This document shows positions 29,902-39,066 of a DNA stretch of 64,000 nt, piece by piece. Position 1 is the stretch's first letter. Each line of letters starts with the position of its first letter. The notes beneath the pieces are model-generated. The model was not told where the DNA came from, searched no databases, and worked only from the letters and a program-made list of their open reading frames with translations. Source of the DNA: an uncultured Hydrocarboniphaga sp. (GTDB lineage: Bacteria > Pseudomonadota > Gammaproteobacteria > Nevskiales > Nevskiaceae). The position numbers were made by a program, and so were the translations under genes. The DNA is taken from positions 4,171-68,170 of the forward strand of contig CAXTSJ010000010.1 of NCBI GenBank assembly GCA_964246995.1, in the 5' to 3' direction.

Positions 29902-30912
29902 CTACCAGGCGATCCATTGCTTGGCCGGAGCACCGGCGGTTTCGCGAGCCAGGCGTGGAAGCAGGTATCCCGGCAGGCGCGTGGAAAGTTCGCGCATCAG
30001 GCCGCACGCAAGGCTCTCATCGACCTCGAAGTGCGCGCTGCCGGCGACGCGATCGAGCAGGTGCAGGTAGTAGGGCAGTACGCCGCAATCGAACAGCCGT
30101 TCGGACAGGTCCTGCAGTGCCTGCACGTTGTCGTTGACCCGGCGCAGCAGAACCGATTGGTTGAGCAGGCTGACGCCGGCACCGAGCAGACGCGCGCAGG
30201 CTTGCGCAACGTGCACGTCCAGCTCGCGCGCGTGATTGGCGTGGAGCACCATCACGCTGCGCAAACGGGTACGCCGCAGCAAGGCGATCAGCCCGTCGTC
30301 GACCCGCTCCGGCAGCACGATCGGCTGGCGCGTGTGCAGGCGCAGGCGGCGCACGTGGGCGATGCCGTCGAGGGCATCGATGAACTCGGCGAGTTTGTCG
30401 TCGGACAGCGACAGCGGGTCGCCGCCCGACAGGATCACTTCGCTGATCGAGAGATCTGCCGCGATCTGCGCCAGCGCCTCGCGCCAGTGGTCGCGCGCGG
30501 CAAGCGCCTCGGCGTAAGGGAAGTGGCGGCGGAAGCAATAACGGCAATGCACGCCACAGGCGCCGGTGGCCATCACCAGCACCCGTCCCTGGTATTTGTG
30601 GATGATGCCGCCGGGGATCAGCCGCGCCTTGTCGCCGACCGCATCGAGGTCGAATCCGTCCACGCTCAAGCCCTCGGCGCCAGCGGGCCAGACCTGGAGA
30701 AACAGCGGGTCGGCGGCGTTGCCTTTCTCCATACGCGCCGCGAAACCGCGCGGCACCTTGAGCCCGAAGCCGGACTGCAGGCCGGGCTCCAGGCAAGGCA
30801 GGGCGGGGTCGAGTTGCAGGTAGGCGAGCAGGTCGGCAGGCCGGTTGAAGGCGTCGCGCAGCGCGTGCTGCCAGGGCCGGGCCTGTCGGCTTTTGGGGCT
30901 TGGGGTTATCAT
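29902..30912 (-). CDS. epmB: EF-P beta-lysylation protein EpmB (KamA radical SAM)
   Basis: HKYQGRVL, CGVHCRYC, SGGDPL, NQSVLL; divergent from efp. Confidence 0.95.
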   Translation of the reverse strand: MITPSPKSRQARPWQHALRDAFNRPADLLAYLQLDPALPCLEPGLQSGFGLKVPRGFAARMEKGNAADPLFLQVWPAGAEGLSVDGFDLDAVGDKARLIPGGIIHKYQGRVLVMATGACGVHCRYCFRRHFPYAEALAARDHWREALAQIAADLSISEVILSGGDPLSLSDDKLAEFIDALDGIAHVRRLRLHTRQPIVLPERVDDGLIALLRRTRLRSVMVLHANHARELDVHVAQACARLLGAGVSLLNQSVLLRRVNDNVQALQDLSERLFDCGVLPYYLHLLDRVAGSAHFEVDESLACGLMRELSTRLPGYLLPRLARETAGAPAKQWIAW

Positions 30913-30973
30913 TCGTGCCGATTTTCACCGGCCGCGCCGTGGCTGGGCAAACTGATCCGACAAAAAGACCGAC

Positions 30974-31543
30974 ATGGCAACCGTCAGCACCAACGAAATG
31001 AAGTCCGGCACCAAGGTCCTGGTGGACGGCGAACCCTACTCGGTTGTCGACAACGAGTACCGCAAGCCGGGCAAGGGCCAGGCCACCAACTCGATCAAGA
31101 TCCGCAACCTCAAGAATGGTCGCGTCATCGAGCGCACCCTCAAGTCGGGCGACACCTGGGAGGTGGCCGACATCGAGGAAACCGACATGCAGTACCTCTA
31201 CAACGACGGCGAGTTCTGGCACTTCATGAACCCGTCGAGCTTCGAGCAGGTGCAGGCCGGCAAGACTGCCGTCGCCGACTGCTCGCAGTGGCTCAAGGGC
31301 GAGGAAGCCTGCAAGGTGCTGTTCTTCAACGGCGTCCCCCTGTCGGTGACGCCGCCCAACTACGTGACCTTGACCATCACCGAAACCGATCCCGGGGTGC
31401 GCGGCGATACCTCGGGCGGCGGCGGCAAGCCGGCGACCATGGAAACGGGTGCTATCGTGCGCGTACCGCTGTTCGTGCAGCTGGGCGAGGTGATCAAGGT
31501 CGATACCCGAACGGGTGAATATCTGGGGCGCGTCGGCAAGTGA
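30974..31543 (+). CDS. efp: Elongation factor P
   Basis: KPGKGQA loop with modifiable Lys, [24 protein letters not shown]. Confidence 0.98.
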   Translation: MATVSTNEMKSGTKVLVDGEPYSVVDNEYRKPGKGQATNSIKIRNLKNGRVIERTLKSGDTWEVADIEETDMQYLYNDGEFWHFMNPSSFEQVQAGKTAVADCSQWLKGEEACKVLFFNGVPLSVTPPNYVTLTITETDPGVRGDTSGGGGKPATMETGAIVRVPLFVQLGEVIKVDTRTGEYLGRVGK

Positions 31544-31567
31544 GCGCAAGCCACGCAGATCGAATAC

Positions 31568-32539
31568 GTGACTGAGGGGGGAGAAGAGAAGACGGAACAC
31601 GCCCAATGGCGACCATCCGCGACGTTAGAGGTGCTCAAGGCGCGCTCCAGGCTCAATGCCTCGGTCCGCGCCTTTTTTAATGCGCGCGCGGTGTGTGAGG
31701 TGGAGACGCCGATCCTCTCCGCCGGCGCCACGGTCGACCGTCACATCGAAAGCTTCTGCACCCGCGACGGCCGCTGGCTGCAGACTTCACCCGAGTTCGC
31801 GATGAAGCGCCTGCTGGCCGCGGGGTCGGGGCCGATCTTCCAGATCACGCGCGTCTTCCGCCTGGAAGAACAGGGCCGCCATCACAACCCCGAGTTCACG
31901 ATGCTCGAATGGTATCGACCGGGTTTTTCGATGCACGCGCTGATGGATGAAGTCGAAGCCTTGATGCAGGCATTGGATGCGCGGCCTGCTGCGTTCGAGC
32001 GGCTGACCTACCGCCAGGCATTCCAGCGTCACGCCGGCTTTGATCCTTTTTTGATTCCGGTCGAGGAACTGCGCTCGGCAGCGCTGGCGCAAGACCTGAT
32101 TTCGGCCGCCGATTTCATCGACGAGGATCGGGACTTCTGGCTGGACCTGTGGATGTCGCGGCGCGTATCCGCGGCGCTGCGGGCGCCCAGCTTCGTCTAC
32201 GATTTTCCGCCGTCGCAGGCGGCGCTCGCGCGGATTCGCGCGGGATCGCCGGATGTGGCCGAGCGTTTCGAACTGTTCTGGCAGGGCATCGAGCTGGCCA
32301 ACGGCTTTCACGAGCTGGCCGACGCACAGGAGCAGCGGCGCCGCTTCGTCGCGGACCAGGCCTGGCGTGCGGCGGCCGGTCGATCGGTTCCTCCTTTCGA
32401 CCGGCAGCTCATCGACGCGCTGTCCGCTGGCCTGCCCGATTGCAGCGGCGTCGCATTGGGCCTGGACCGCGTGCTGATGCTCCAGCTCGGGCTGCCGCAG
32501 ATCGCCGACGTGCTGGCGTTCCCGGCCGACCGTGCCTGA
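31568..32539 (+). CDS. epmA: EF-P lysine aminoacylase EpmA
   Basis: EVETP, LQTSPEFAMKRLL, HNPEFTMLEWY, ELANGF, GVALGLDR; next to efp. Confidence 0.95.
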   Translation: MTEGGEEKTEHAQWRPSATLEVLKARSRLNASVRAFFNARAVCEVETPILSAGATVDRHIESFCTRDGRWLQTSPEFAMKRLLAAGSGPIFQITRVFRLEEQGRHHNPEFTMLEWYRPGFSMHALMDEVEALMQALDARPAAFERLTYRQAFQRHAGFDPFLIPVEELRSAALAQDLISAADFIDEDRDFWLDLWMSRRVSAALRAPSFVYDFPPSQAALARIRAGSPDVAERFELFWQGIELANGFHELADAQEQRRRFVADQAWRAAAGRSVPPFDRQLIDALSAGLPDCSGVALGLDRVLMLQLGLPQIADVLAFPADRA

Positions 32540-32547
32540 GGCCCGGA

Positions 32548-32910
32548 TCAAGCTCCGAGCGGACCGCGTTGTTTCTTCGGCAACCGATCACGCACCAGTT
32601 CGTAGGAGCACCGGACCTGCGCCTCGATCCATTCACGCGGATGCCGGTCGGGGTCGGCGACCGACACCCAATGCGCACGTGCCAGATGCGGTGCTGGCGT
32701 GATGCCCGGCTGATCGGTCATCGCAAGAAACACATCGTCGGCAACTTTGAAGCGAAGACGGCCGCAATCGGTGGCGGCTACAGGCCCGTCTCGCTCGGTG
32801 ATTACAAACATCTTGCCGCCCACCGAGTAGACCCGGTGCTGGCCCCACTTCACGTCGCTGCTCACCCCTGGCCAGGGCCGACAGAGCTGGTCGAGGACTT
32901 CGATTTTCAT
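32548..32910 (-). CDS. MmcQ/YjbR family DNA-binding protein
   Basis: KWG...YSVGGKMF, FKV, PAPHLARAHWV, SYELV. Confidence 0.85.
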   Translation of the reverse strand: MKIEVLDQLCRPWPGVSSDVKWGQHRVYSVGGKMFVITERDGPVAATDCGRLRFKVADDVFLAMTDQPGITPAPHLARAHWVSVADPDRHPREWIEAQVRCSYELVRDRLPKKQRGPLGA

Positions 32911-33011
32911 GAGCTTGTTTGCGCCGGGAGATTGCAAAGCCAGAGTGTCGGTCTTGAGCCGCCGCGTAGAATGCGTGGCTGTCGTAACTTCCGCCCGCAC
33001 CTTACACCGCC

Positions 33012-33617
33012 ATGCCCGTTTACTCCCCACGCCTCACTCGCATGATCGACGCCCTGCGCCGGCTTCCGGGTGTCGGGCCCAAGACCGCGCAGCGCATGGC
33101 CTTTCACCTGCTCGACCGCGATCGCGGCGCCGCACGCGGCCTGGCCGCCGCGGTGAACGAGGCGCTGGAGCATATCGGCCGCTGCCCGACCTGTCGCATG
33201 TTCAGCGAGGACGATGCCTGCCGTTACTGCACACCGGCGCGCACCGCCGGCGGTGCGCTCTGCGTGGTCGAAGGGCCTGCCGACCTGATGGCACTCGAAG
33301 CCGGCACCTCGTATCGCGGCCGCTACTTCGTGTTGATGGGGCGCTTGTCACCGCTGGACGGCATCGGCCCGGACGAACTCGGTCTGGATCATCTGGACGC
33401 GCTGCTGGCCGGCGGCGAGTTCAAGGAGATGATCATCGCCACCAACCCGACGGTCGAAGGTGAGGCCACCGCGCATTACCTGGCGCAGATGGCCCGCGCG
33501 CACGCGGTGCCGGTCAGCCGCATCGCCCACGGCGTGCCGATGGGCGGTGAGCTGGAGTACGTCGACGGCGGCACGCTGGCGCACGCGCTGAGCGGGCGCC
33601 GTCTGGTGGACAGCTAG
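33012..33617 (+). CDS. recR: Recombination mediator RecR
   Basis: [12 protein letters not shown]4 zinc finger CPTC...[24 protein letters not shown]. Confidence 0.97.
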   Translation: MPVYSPRLTRMIDALRRLPGVGPKTAQRMAFHLLDRDRGAARGLAAAVNEALEHIGRCPTCRMFSEDDACRYCTPARTAGGALCVVEGPADLMALEAGTSYRGRYFVLMGRLSPLDGIGPDELGLDHLDALLAGGEFKEMIIATNPTVEGEATAHYLAQMARAHAVPVSRIAHGVPMGGELEYVDGGTLAHALSGRRLVDS

Positions 33618-33880
33618 GGCCCGTTAACAGTCAATCGGTCGCCGCGTTGCCGCCAAACAGGCGGCCAGACAAGGCGCGACGAGGAGGCATAGTGATGACT
33701 ATGGTGACGAGGAGCAACGAAGATGGCCGCCTGTTTGGCGGCAACCCTTCGGGCTGGCCCCAGAGGGGACGCGGTGCGGCGTCATTCCCTCCTCATGTAT
33801 TCCAATACACATCGTCAGTCATTCCTTGCACTGCGCCCCCTCTGGGGCCAGCGCAGCGATCGCTTGACTGTTAACAGGCC
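33618..33880. mobile_element. Non-autonomous MITE-like element, 263 bp
   Basis: 17-bp terminal inverted repeats (GGCCCGTTAACAGTCAA at 33618-33634 and TTGACTGTTAACAGGCC at 33864-33880, 1 mismatch). CTAG flanks both sides. Two long internal hairpins; no transposase. Confidence 0.85.
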
Positions 33881-34216
33881 CTAGTCCTTCAGCAAAGCGT
33901 CGACTTTCGCGGCGCCGATGAAGTCGTTGTCGGAGAGGCCGCCGATCGCATGCGTCCACCACTGCATCCGGCAGGTCTTGTAGTCGAAGTCGATTTGCGG
34001 ATGGTGGTCTTCGCGGATGGCGATGTAGGCCACCGCGTTGACGAAGGCAAGGGTGCGAAAATAATTGCGAAATTCGAACGCGGCCTGCAGGCGCGTCGCG
34101 TCGGCATTCAAAGACCATCGCGCGTCGACTTGTGCGAGCAGGGCAGTTGCCGTGGCGCGGTCGAGCGCGGCGGTCTTGCCTTCGCAGGGTTGGCAACGGC
34201 TTTCGGCGAGGTTCAT
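33881..34216 (-). CDS. phhB: Pterin-4-alpha-carbinolamine dehydratase
   Basis: CQPCEG, EDHHP, WWTHAIGGLSDNDFI. Confidence 0.92.
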   Translation of the reverse strand: MNLAESRCQPCEGKTAALDRATATALLAQVDARWSLNADATRLQAAFEFRNYFRTLAFVNAVAYIAIREDHHPQIDFDYKTCRMQWWTHAIGGLSDNDFIGAAKVDALLKD

Positions 34217-34278
34217 GGTTTTTTCCTTTGCGAGTCGGACGGCGATGCTAGGCTCTACGGCCTTGAACGAACACTGCC

Positions 34279-34833
34279 ATGACCGCCAGCGCCCATCACT
34301 TGATTTGGATCGACCTCGAAATGACCGGCCTGGTGCCGGAGAAGCACCGCATCATCGAGATCGCCACCGTCATCACCGATGTCGATCTCAAGGTGATCGC
34401 CGAAGGCCCGATGCTCGCGGTGCATCAGGGCGCCGACGAGCTGATGGCGATGGACGACTGGAATACCAAGCAGCACGGCAAGTCCGGCCTGACCCAGAGA
34501 GTGCGCGACAGCCGCCTCAACGAGGCCGAGGCCGAGGCTCTGACCTTGCAGTTTCTGGGCGACTGGCTGGTGCCCGGCAAGTCGCCGATGTGTGGCAATT
34601 CGATCTGCCAGGACCGGCGCTTCCTGGCGCGTCACATGCCGGCGCTGGAGCGCTTTTTCCACTACCGCAATCTCGACGTGAGCACGCTCAAGGAGTTGTG
34701 CCAGCGCTGGTCGCCGGATCTGGCGCGGGGCTTCAGCAAGGAGTCTTCGCATCTGGCGCTCAGCGATATCCGCGATTCCATCGCCGAGCTGCGTTACTAC
34801 CGCGATCACTTCCTGCGCATGCCGACGGCTTGA
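34279..34833 (+). CDS. orn: Oligoribonuclease
   Basis: [39 protein letters not shown]. Confidence 0.97.
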   Translation: MTASAHHLIWIDLEMTGLVPEKHRIIEIATVITDVDLKVIAEGPMLAVHQGADELMAMDDWNTKQHGKSGLTQRVRDSRLNEAEAEALTLQFLGDWLVPGKSPMCGNSICQDRRFLARHMPALERFFHYRNLDVSTLKELCQRWSPDLARGFSKESSHLALSDIRDSIAELRYYRDHFLRMPTA

Positions 34834-34842
34834 ACCTTGCCG

Positions 34843-35829
34843 CTAGCGCGGCAGGGTCGACTTGAAAAAGCTCCAGGCGGCTTCGCCGCTGTCGACGTCC
34901 AGATTGGTGCCGCCCAGATAGAGCGCGATCATCGGCCCCGTGATCGCCTGCCCTGGCCAGACATGCCCGGCTTCGGCAAACACGTATTGCTGCGACGTGG
35001 CGCCGCCGGCGCAGCCGACGCGGGTGCGCTTTTCAACGGTGTCGCTGACGCGCTCGGTGCGCACGTCGGCACTGCAGCCGGCGTGCCGGGCCCAGAAATC
35101 GAAAGTCGCATCGGCCGACAGCAGCGCCGCCTGCGGCTTGCCGCGCACGACGCTGCCTTCGGGCATGCCGGTGAAAGGCACGAGCGGATCGCGCTGACCG
35201 TTCATCGACAGCCAGGGCAGGGCTTTGGACGGCTTGCAAGCGCTGGCAACGGTGGCCGGCAGCGTCGAGATCACGTTGGCGCCGGCGCGCAGGCTGTCGG
35301 CGGCCTGGCAGGCGTAATACATCGCCATGAAGCCGCCGTTGGAGGCGCCGATGACGAACACGGCGCGCGCATCGCCGTGATCGCGCGAAACCAGATCGGC
35401 GATCACCGCGCGCAGGAAAGCGACATCGTCCGCGGTCGAGGCCTCGTCGCCGGCGATGGTGCTGCCGCGGCCATCGTTCCAGTGCTTGTCGACGCCCTGA
35501 GGCGCGGCGACGATGAAGTGGTCGCGCAGGCCGAGCGTGGGCAGGCTGGTCTGCTTCCAGACGTCTTCAGCGGTTTGGGTGCCGCCATGCAGCAGCAGCA
35601 CGACGGGCATCGCGGTGGCCGAACCCGGCGGCACTTGCGCGAGATAGCTTCTCGGCAAACCGCCGACAAGGAGCTGGCGCTGCTGCGCGCTGGCGATCGC
35701 GCCTTTGGCGGGGAAGCGTTGCGCCGCATCGTGCGCTTCGATCATCCGCGCGCCGCGCGCGATCAGGCAGCCGCTGAGAACCGAAGAGCCCGCAGCGACC
35801 CACATCACAAGCCACAGGGTCCGTACCAT
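34843..35829 (-). CDS. Alpha/beta hydrolase, LpqC / PHB depolymerase-like esterase, possible lipoprotein
   Basis: VLLLHGG, DDVAFL, GASNGG nucleophile elbow, GHVWPG; LSGC lipobox-like motif. Confidence 0.85.
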   Translation of the reverse strand: MVRTLWLVMWVAAGSSVLSGCLIARGARMIEAHDAAQRFPAKGAIASAQQRQLLVGGLPRSYLAQVPPGSATAMPVVLLLHGGTQTAEDVWKQTSLPTLGLRDHFIVAAPQGVDKHWNDGRGSTIAGDEASTADDVAFLRAVIADLVSRDHGDARAVFVIGASNGGFMAMYYACQAADSLRAGANVISTLPATVASACKPSKALPWLSMNGQRDPLVPFTGMPEGSVVRGKPQAALLSADATFDFWARHAGCSADVRTERVSDTVEKRTRVGCAGGATSQQYVFAEAGHVWPGQAITGPMIALYLGGTNLDVDSGEAAWSFFKSTLPR

Positions 35830-37250
35830 CAGCCCGGCAGCCGCACGCTGACGCAGGCGCCGCCCCAGTCCGAGCGCCCCAGGTCGATCTGGCCCTCGTA
35901 GGCGCGCACCAGGTCGTAGACCGCGGCCAGGCCGATGCCCTGGCCGGGCTTCTTCATGTCGGCGCGCACGCCGCGCTCCAGCAGCTCTTCGGCGTCGGGC
36001 GGAAAGCCGGGGCCGTCGTCCGAGACGCTGATGATCGCGGCGCGGCCGGCGCCGCGCACCGCCAGCAGCACGCGGCCATTGCCGTACTTGGCGGCGTTGT
36101 CGAGCAGGTTGCCGACCAGCTCGAACAGGTCGCCGTTTTCGGCACGCACGCGCAGGCGCGGATCGATGTCCAGCTCGAAGTGCGCGCTCTTTCCGGCGTA
36201 GACCTTGACCAGCGCGCTGATGAGTTTTTCGGCGATCGGCCGGATCAGCACCGGCTCGGCCAGCGTGCGCCGGCCCGCCGCGGCGGCCTTGCGCAACTGA
36301 TAGTTGCTGATCTGCTGCATCGACAGCACCTGCTCGCTCAGCGTGCTGCGCAGCGCCACCGGAATGCCCGGTTCCTCGCTGATGCCCTGGACCACGGCCA
36401 GCGGCGTTTTCAGGCTATGCGCCAGATCGCCCAGGGCGTTGCGATAGCGCGTCTGTTGGCTGCGCTCGTTGTGGATCATCGCGTTCAGGCCCTGGGTCAG
36501 CGGCTTGAGTTCGTCGGGATATTCGGCGCGGATCTCGGGCTGCTCGCCGAGTTCGATCAGCCGCAGTTCGGCGATCAGCCGGCGCAGTGGCGCCAAGCCC
36601 CATTGCAGCGTGAGGACCTGCGCACCCAGCAAACCCAGAGCGCACACCGCCAGCCAGGTCCATAGCGCGCTGCGGTACACGCGCAATTGCGCGCGGAAAC
36701 TCGATGCATCTTCCATCACCACCAGAGTGTAGCGGCGGGGATCGTCCGCGAGGTCGATCCAGCGCAGGCCGAAGCTCATGGTGAACGCATCCGGGTCGCT
36801 CAGATGTTCGAATCGCCATTCGCCGATGGCCGGCATTCGGGGTGCGGCGAGGTCACCGAACACGACGGATCGCCACACCGCCTGACCCTGCTCGTTGAAC
36901 AGCACGGCCTGAAGATTGGACGAGGTGCTGGTGAGCCGCGGATCGCGCACGTTCGCGGAGGCGATCGTCAACTCGCCGCTTTCGCTGGGTCCGGCGGCGG
37001 TCAGCAGCGAATAGATGATGCCTTCGAGCTTGTCCTTCTGTGCCTGCGACGCGCTGTCCCTAAAGGCCAGCTCCAGCGCAAAGCCGGTGAGGACGAAGAA
37101 TGCGGCCAACACGAGCGAAGCCGCGAGCAGGAGCCGGGTACGCAAGGACCGCGGACGCAAACGCCGTACAGCCTTCGCAATCCCGGCGCGCATGGACGAG
37201 GAGATCGATGGCATGGCGCCGCCTGCCTGTTCCAACCCGATGATCGGCAC
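35829..37250 (-). CDS. phoQ: Sensor histidine kinase, PhoQ-like
   Basis: Two TM helices, DLAHSLKTPL H-box, NLLDNA, DDGPG, GIGL; start may be 37214. Confidence 0.8.
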   Translation of the reverse strand: MPIIGLEQAGGAMPSISSSMRAGIAKAVRRLRPRSLRTRLLLAASLVLAAFFVLTGFALELAFRDSASQAQKDKLEGIIYSLLTAAGPSESGELTIASANVRDPRLTSTSSNLQAVLFNEQGQAVWRSVVFGDLAAPRMPAIGEWRFEHLSDPDAFTMSFGLRWIDLADDPRRYTLVVMEDASSFRAQLRVYRSALWTWLAVCALGLLGAQVLTLQWGLAPLRRLIAELRLIELGEQPEIRAEYPDELKPLTQGLNAMIHNERSQQTRYRNALGDLAHSLKTPLAVVQGISEEPGIPVALRSTLSEQVLSMQQISNYQLRKAAAAGRRTLAEPVLIRPIAEKLISALVKVYAGKSAHFELDIDPRLRVRAENGDLFELVGNLLDNAAKYGNGRVLLAVRGAGRAAIISVSDDGPGFPPDAEELLERGVRADMKKPGQGIGLAAVYDLVRAYEGQIDLGRSDWGGACVSVRLPG

Positions 37251-37269
37251 AGGCAGGCGACGCTCGATG

Positions 37270-37968
37270 TCAGCTTTGTGCTGCGACGGCAGGGCCGCGT
37301 GGCAGGTCCCAGCGATAACCGCTGCCGCGCAAGGTGGTGATCGGATTGAGGCTGGCGGCCGGATCGAGCTTGCTGCGCAAGCGCCGAATGAAAACCTCGA
37401 TCACGTTGCTGTCGCGTTCCTCGTCCTCGGCGTACAGATGCTCGGCAAGCGTGGCCTTGGAAACCACCTGGCCGGCATGCAGGATCAGATATTCCAGCAC
37501 CTTGTACTCGTAGGCCGTCAGATCGACGCTCTGCTCGTTGACGAACACCATCTTGGCGGATGCGTCGACGGTGATCGGCCCGCATTCCAGGCGCGGTTGC
37601 GCCCAACCGCCGGTGCGCCGCAACAGCGCGCGTACGCGCGCCAGCAACTCCTCGCGATGGAAGGGCTTGACCAGATAGTCATCGGCGCCTGCCTCCAAGC
37701 CTTCGACCTTGGTCTGCCAGCCATCGCGGGCCGTCAGGATCAGGATAGGGAATTTGCGGCCCGCCTTGCGAGCGCGGCGGATGATTTCCACCCCGCTGAT
37801 ACCGGGCAGTCCCAGATCGACGATGGCGATGTCGACCGGATATTCCTCAGCCATGTACAAACCGTTTTCGCCGTCGCCGGCGACATCCACCGCAAAACCT
37901 TCGTCGGCAAAGTATTGGGATACCAAGCCTCGCAGGTGCGGATCATCCTCAATAACCAGAGCGCGCAT
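37270..37968 (-). CDS. phoP: OmpR-family response regulator, PhoP-like
   Basis: VIEDD, VDLGLPG, GADDYLVKPF, RDSNVIEVFIRRLR. Confidence 0.82.
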   Translation of the reverse strand: MRALVIEDDPHLRGLVSQYFADEGFAVDVAGDGENGLYMAEEYPVDIAIVDLGLPGISGVEIIRRARKAGRKFPILILTARDGWQTKVEGLEAGADDYLVKPFHREELLARVRALLRRTGGWAQPRLECGPITVDASAKMVFVNEQSVDLTAYEYKVLEYLILHAGQVVSKATLAEHLYAEDEERDSNVIEVFIRRLRSKLDPAASLNPITTLRGSGYRWDLPRGPAVAAQS

Positions 37969-38003
37969 TTTGTCCCTTTATGTACTGCGGTAAGAGCGCC
38001 GGG

Positions 38004-38291
38004 CTACAGACCCGGCACATAAACAATTCGAACATCGCCGTTGTTCACCAGCTTTACGCGATAGCCATCGCCGCTGCGCTGCACGTCCAGCACCCGGCCT
38101 CCACCGTTTTGCTGCTGGGCAATGCGCGCTGCATCTCTCTCGGACCTTCGCTCACCTCGCCCGGGTACCAGATCAGCGGGTCGGGACTCTCCATGATCCG
38201 AGCCCAGCCGCAGATCGCGAGCCGCAGCGGACGGAATCGCCGCGCCCAATATCGAACACAAAAAAAAACCGGTCAGAAACTTCGAAGGCAT
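38004..38291 (-). CDS. Small secreted PepSY-like protein
   Basis: Signal peptide; AARIAQQQNGGGRVLDV...YRVKLV pattern; directly upstream of the regulator. Confidence 0.7.
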   Translation of the reverse strand: MPSKFLTGFFLCSILGAAIPSAAARDLRLGSDHGESRPADLVPGRGERRSERDAARIAQQQNGGGRVLDVQRSGDGYRVKLVNNGDVRIVYVPGL

Positions 38292-38309
38292 CGACCCAGC
38301 CGGCGATCG

Positions 38310-38927
38310 CTAGTAACGAACCGGACGCACGTCGACATCGACGGCGAGACGGTTGCCGGGGTCATAGGGCAGATTGGTGTGGTAGACCGAGCCGTTGTAG
38401 CGATAGGTGACATCGTAGCCATCGATCCGATCCTCAACGTGCGCATCCTCGATGGTGCGGCACTGGGTCTCGTAACCGCTGCGCGCATACCCGCCGCCTT
38501 GAACTTCACCGGCGCGGCTGCCCAGGCTTGCACCGATCACGGCGCCGACGCCGGTGGCCACCGCGCGGCCGCCGCCTCTGCCGAACGAATTGCCTGCAAG
38601 GCCACCGATGATTCCACCAAGGATGGCGCCCGCAGCGTTTTGCCCGGAGATCCGCGGCTCGCGATAGCTGACGCGCTCATCCCAGCATTCGCGCCGCGGC
38701 TCGGAAACACGCACCTGATGGTAAAGCGGACGGCTACTCAGTACTTGCGCGTAGTCGGTGTGGGACGTCGCGCCGCCGTAAGGACTTTCTTCGAAACGGT
38801 CATCGCGGTCATAGCGGTCCTGATGGCCGGCGAATGCGGGCAGCGAGACCAGGCTAACGGTCAGTGAGGAAACAAGAGTGATGAGGGGGGCAAACCGACG
38901 GGCTTGGGAAGGCGCCTGTTCACGCAT
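38310..38927 (-). CDS. Glycine zipper 2TM protein (YcfJ-like)
   Basis: YAQVLSS, GAILGGIIGGLAGNSFGRG...GAVIGA, GYDVTYRY, PYDPG; AAGGAG before ATG 38927. Confidence 0.85.
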   Translation of the reverse strand: MREQAPSQARRFAPLITLVSSLTVSLVSLPAFAGHQDRYDRDDRFEESPYGGATSHTDYAQVLSSRPLYHQVRVSEPRRECWDERVSYREPRISGQNAAGAILGGIIGGLAGNSFGRGGGRAVATGVGAVIGASLGSRAGEVQGGGYARSGYETQCRTIEDAHVEDRIDGYDVTYRYNGSVYHTNLPYDPGNRLAVDVDVRPVRY

Positions 38928-38975
38928 CTGTGCTCTCCTTGCGAGCATTGAGCGTCGGCGCGAGGGAGCGCCAAA

Positions 38976-39017
38976 CTGAATCGAAGCTTAGGCGCGATAG
39001 CTGAATTGCCCCTTAAT
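38976..39017 (-). promoter_or_regulatory. Candidate OmpR-family (PhoP/BqsR-type) direct-repeat boxes
   Basis: Minus strand ATTAAG-N5-ATTCAG (39017-39001) and CCTAAG-N5-ATTCAG (38992-38976), 11-bp period, upstream of the two-component operon. Confidence 0.5.
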
Positions 39018-39066
39018 TTTTTCAATAATTCCCGACCGTTACTGACGATCGGGGCAGCGGCCAAGA

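Noticed and set aside
29902-32539. epmB-efp-epmA cluster without epmC as a novel system
   Set aside because: This is a known EF-P beta-lysylation arrangement, and epmC is often absent or unlinked.
33647-33874. 75-aa ORF inside the inverted-repeat element
   Set aside because: No transposase motif or RBS; it is better explained as a chance frame in a structured non-coding element.
33618-33880. Possible CRISPR array or tRNA
   Set aside because: The repeats are inverted rather than direct with spacers, there is no cloverleaf or T-loop, and no cas genes are present.
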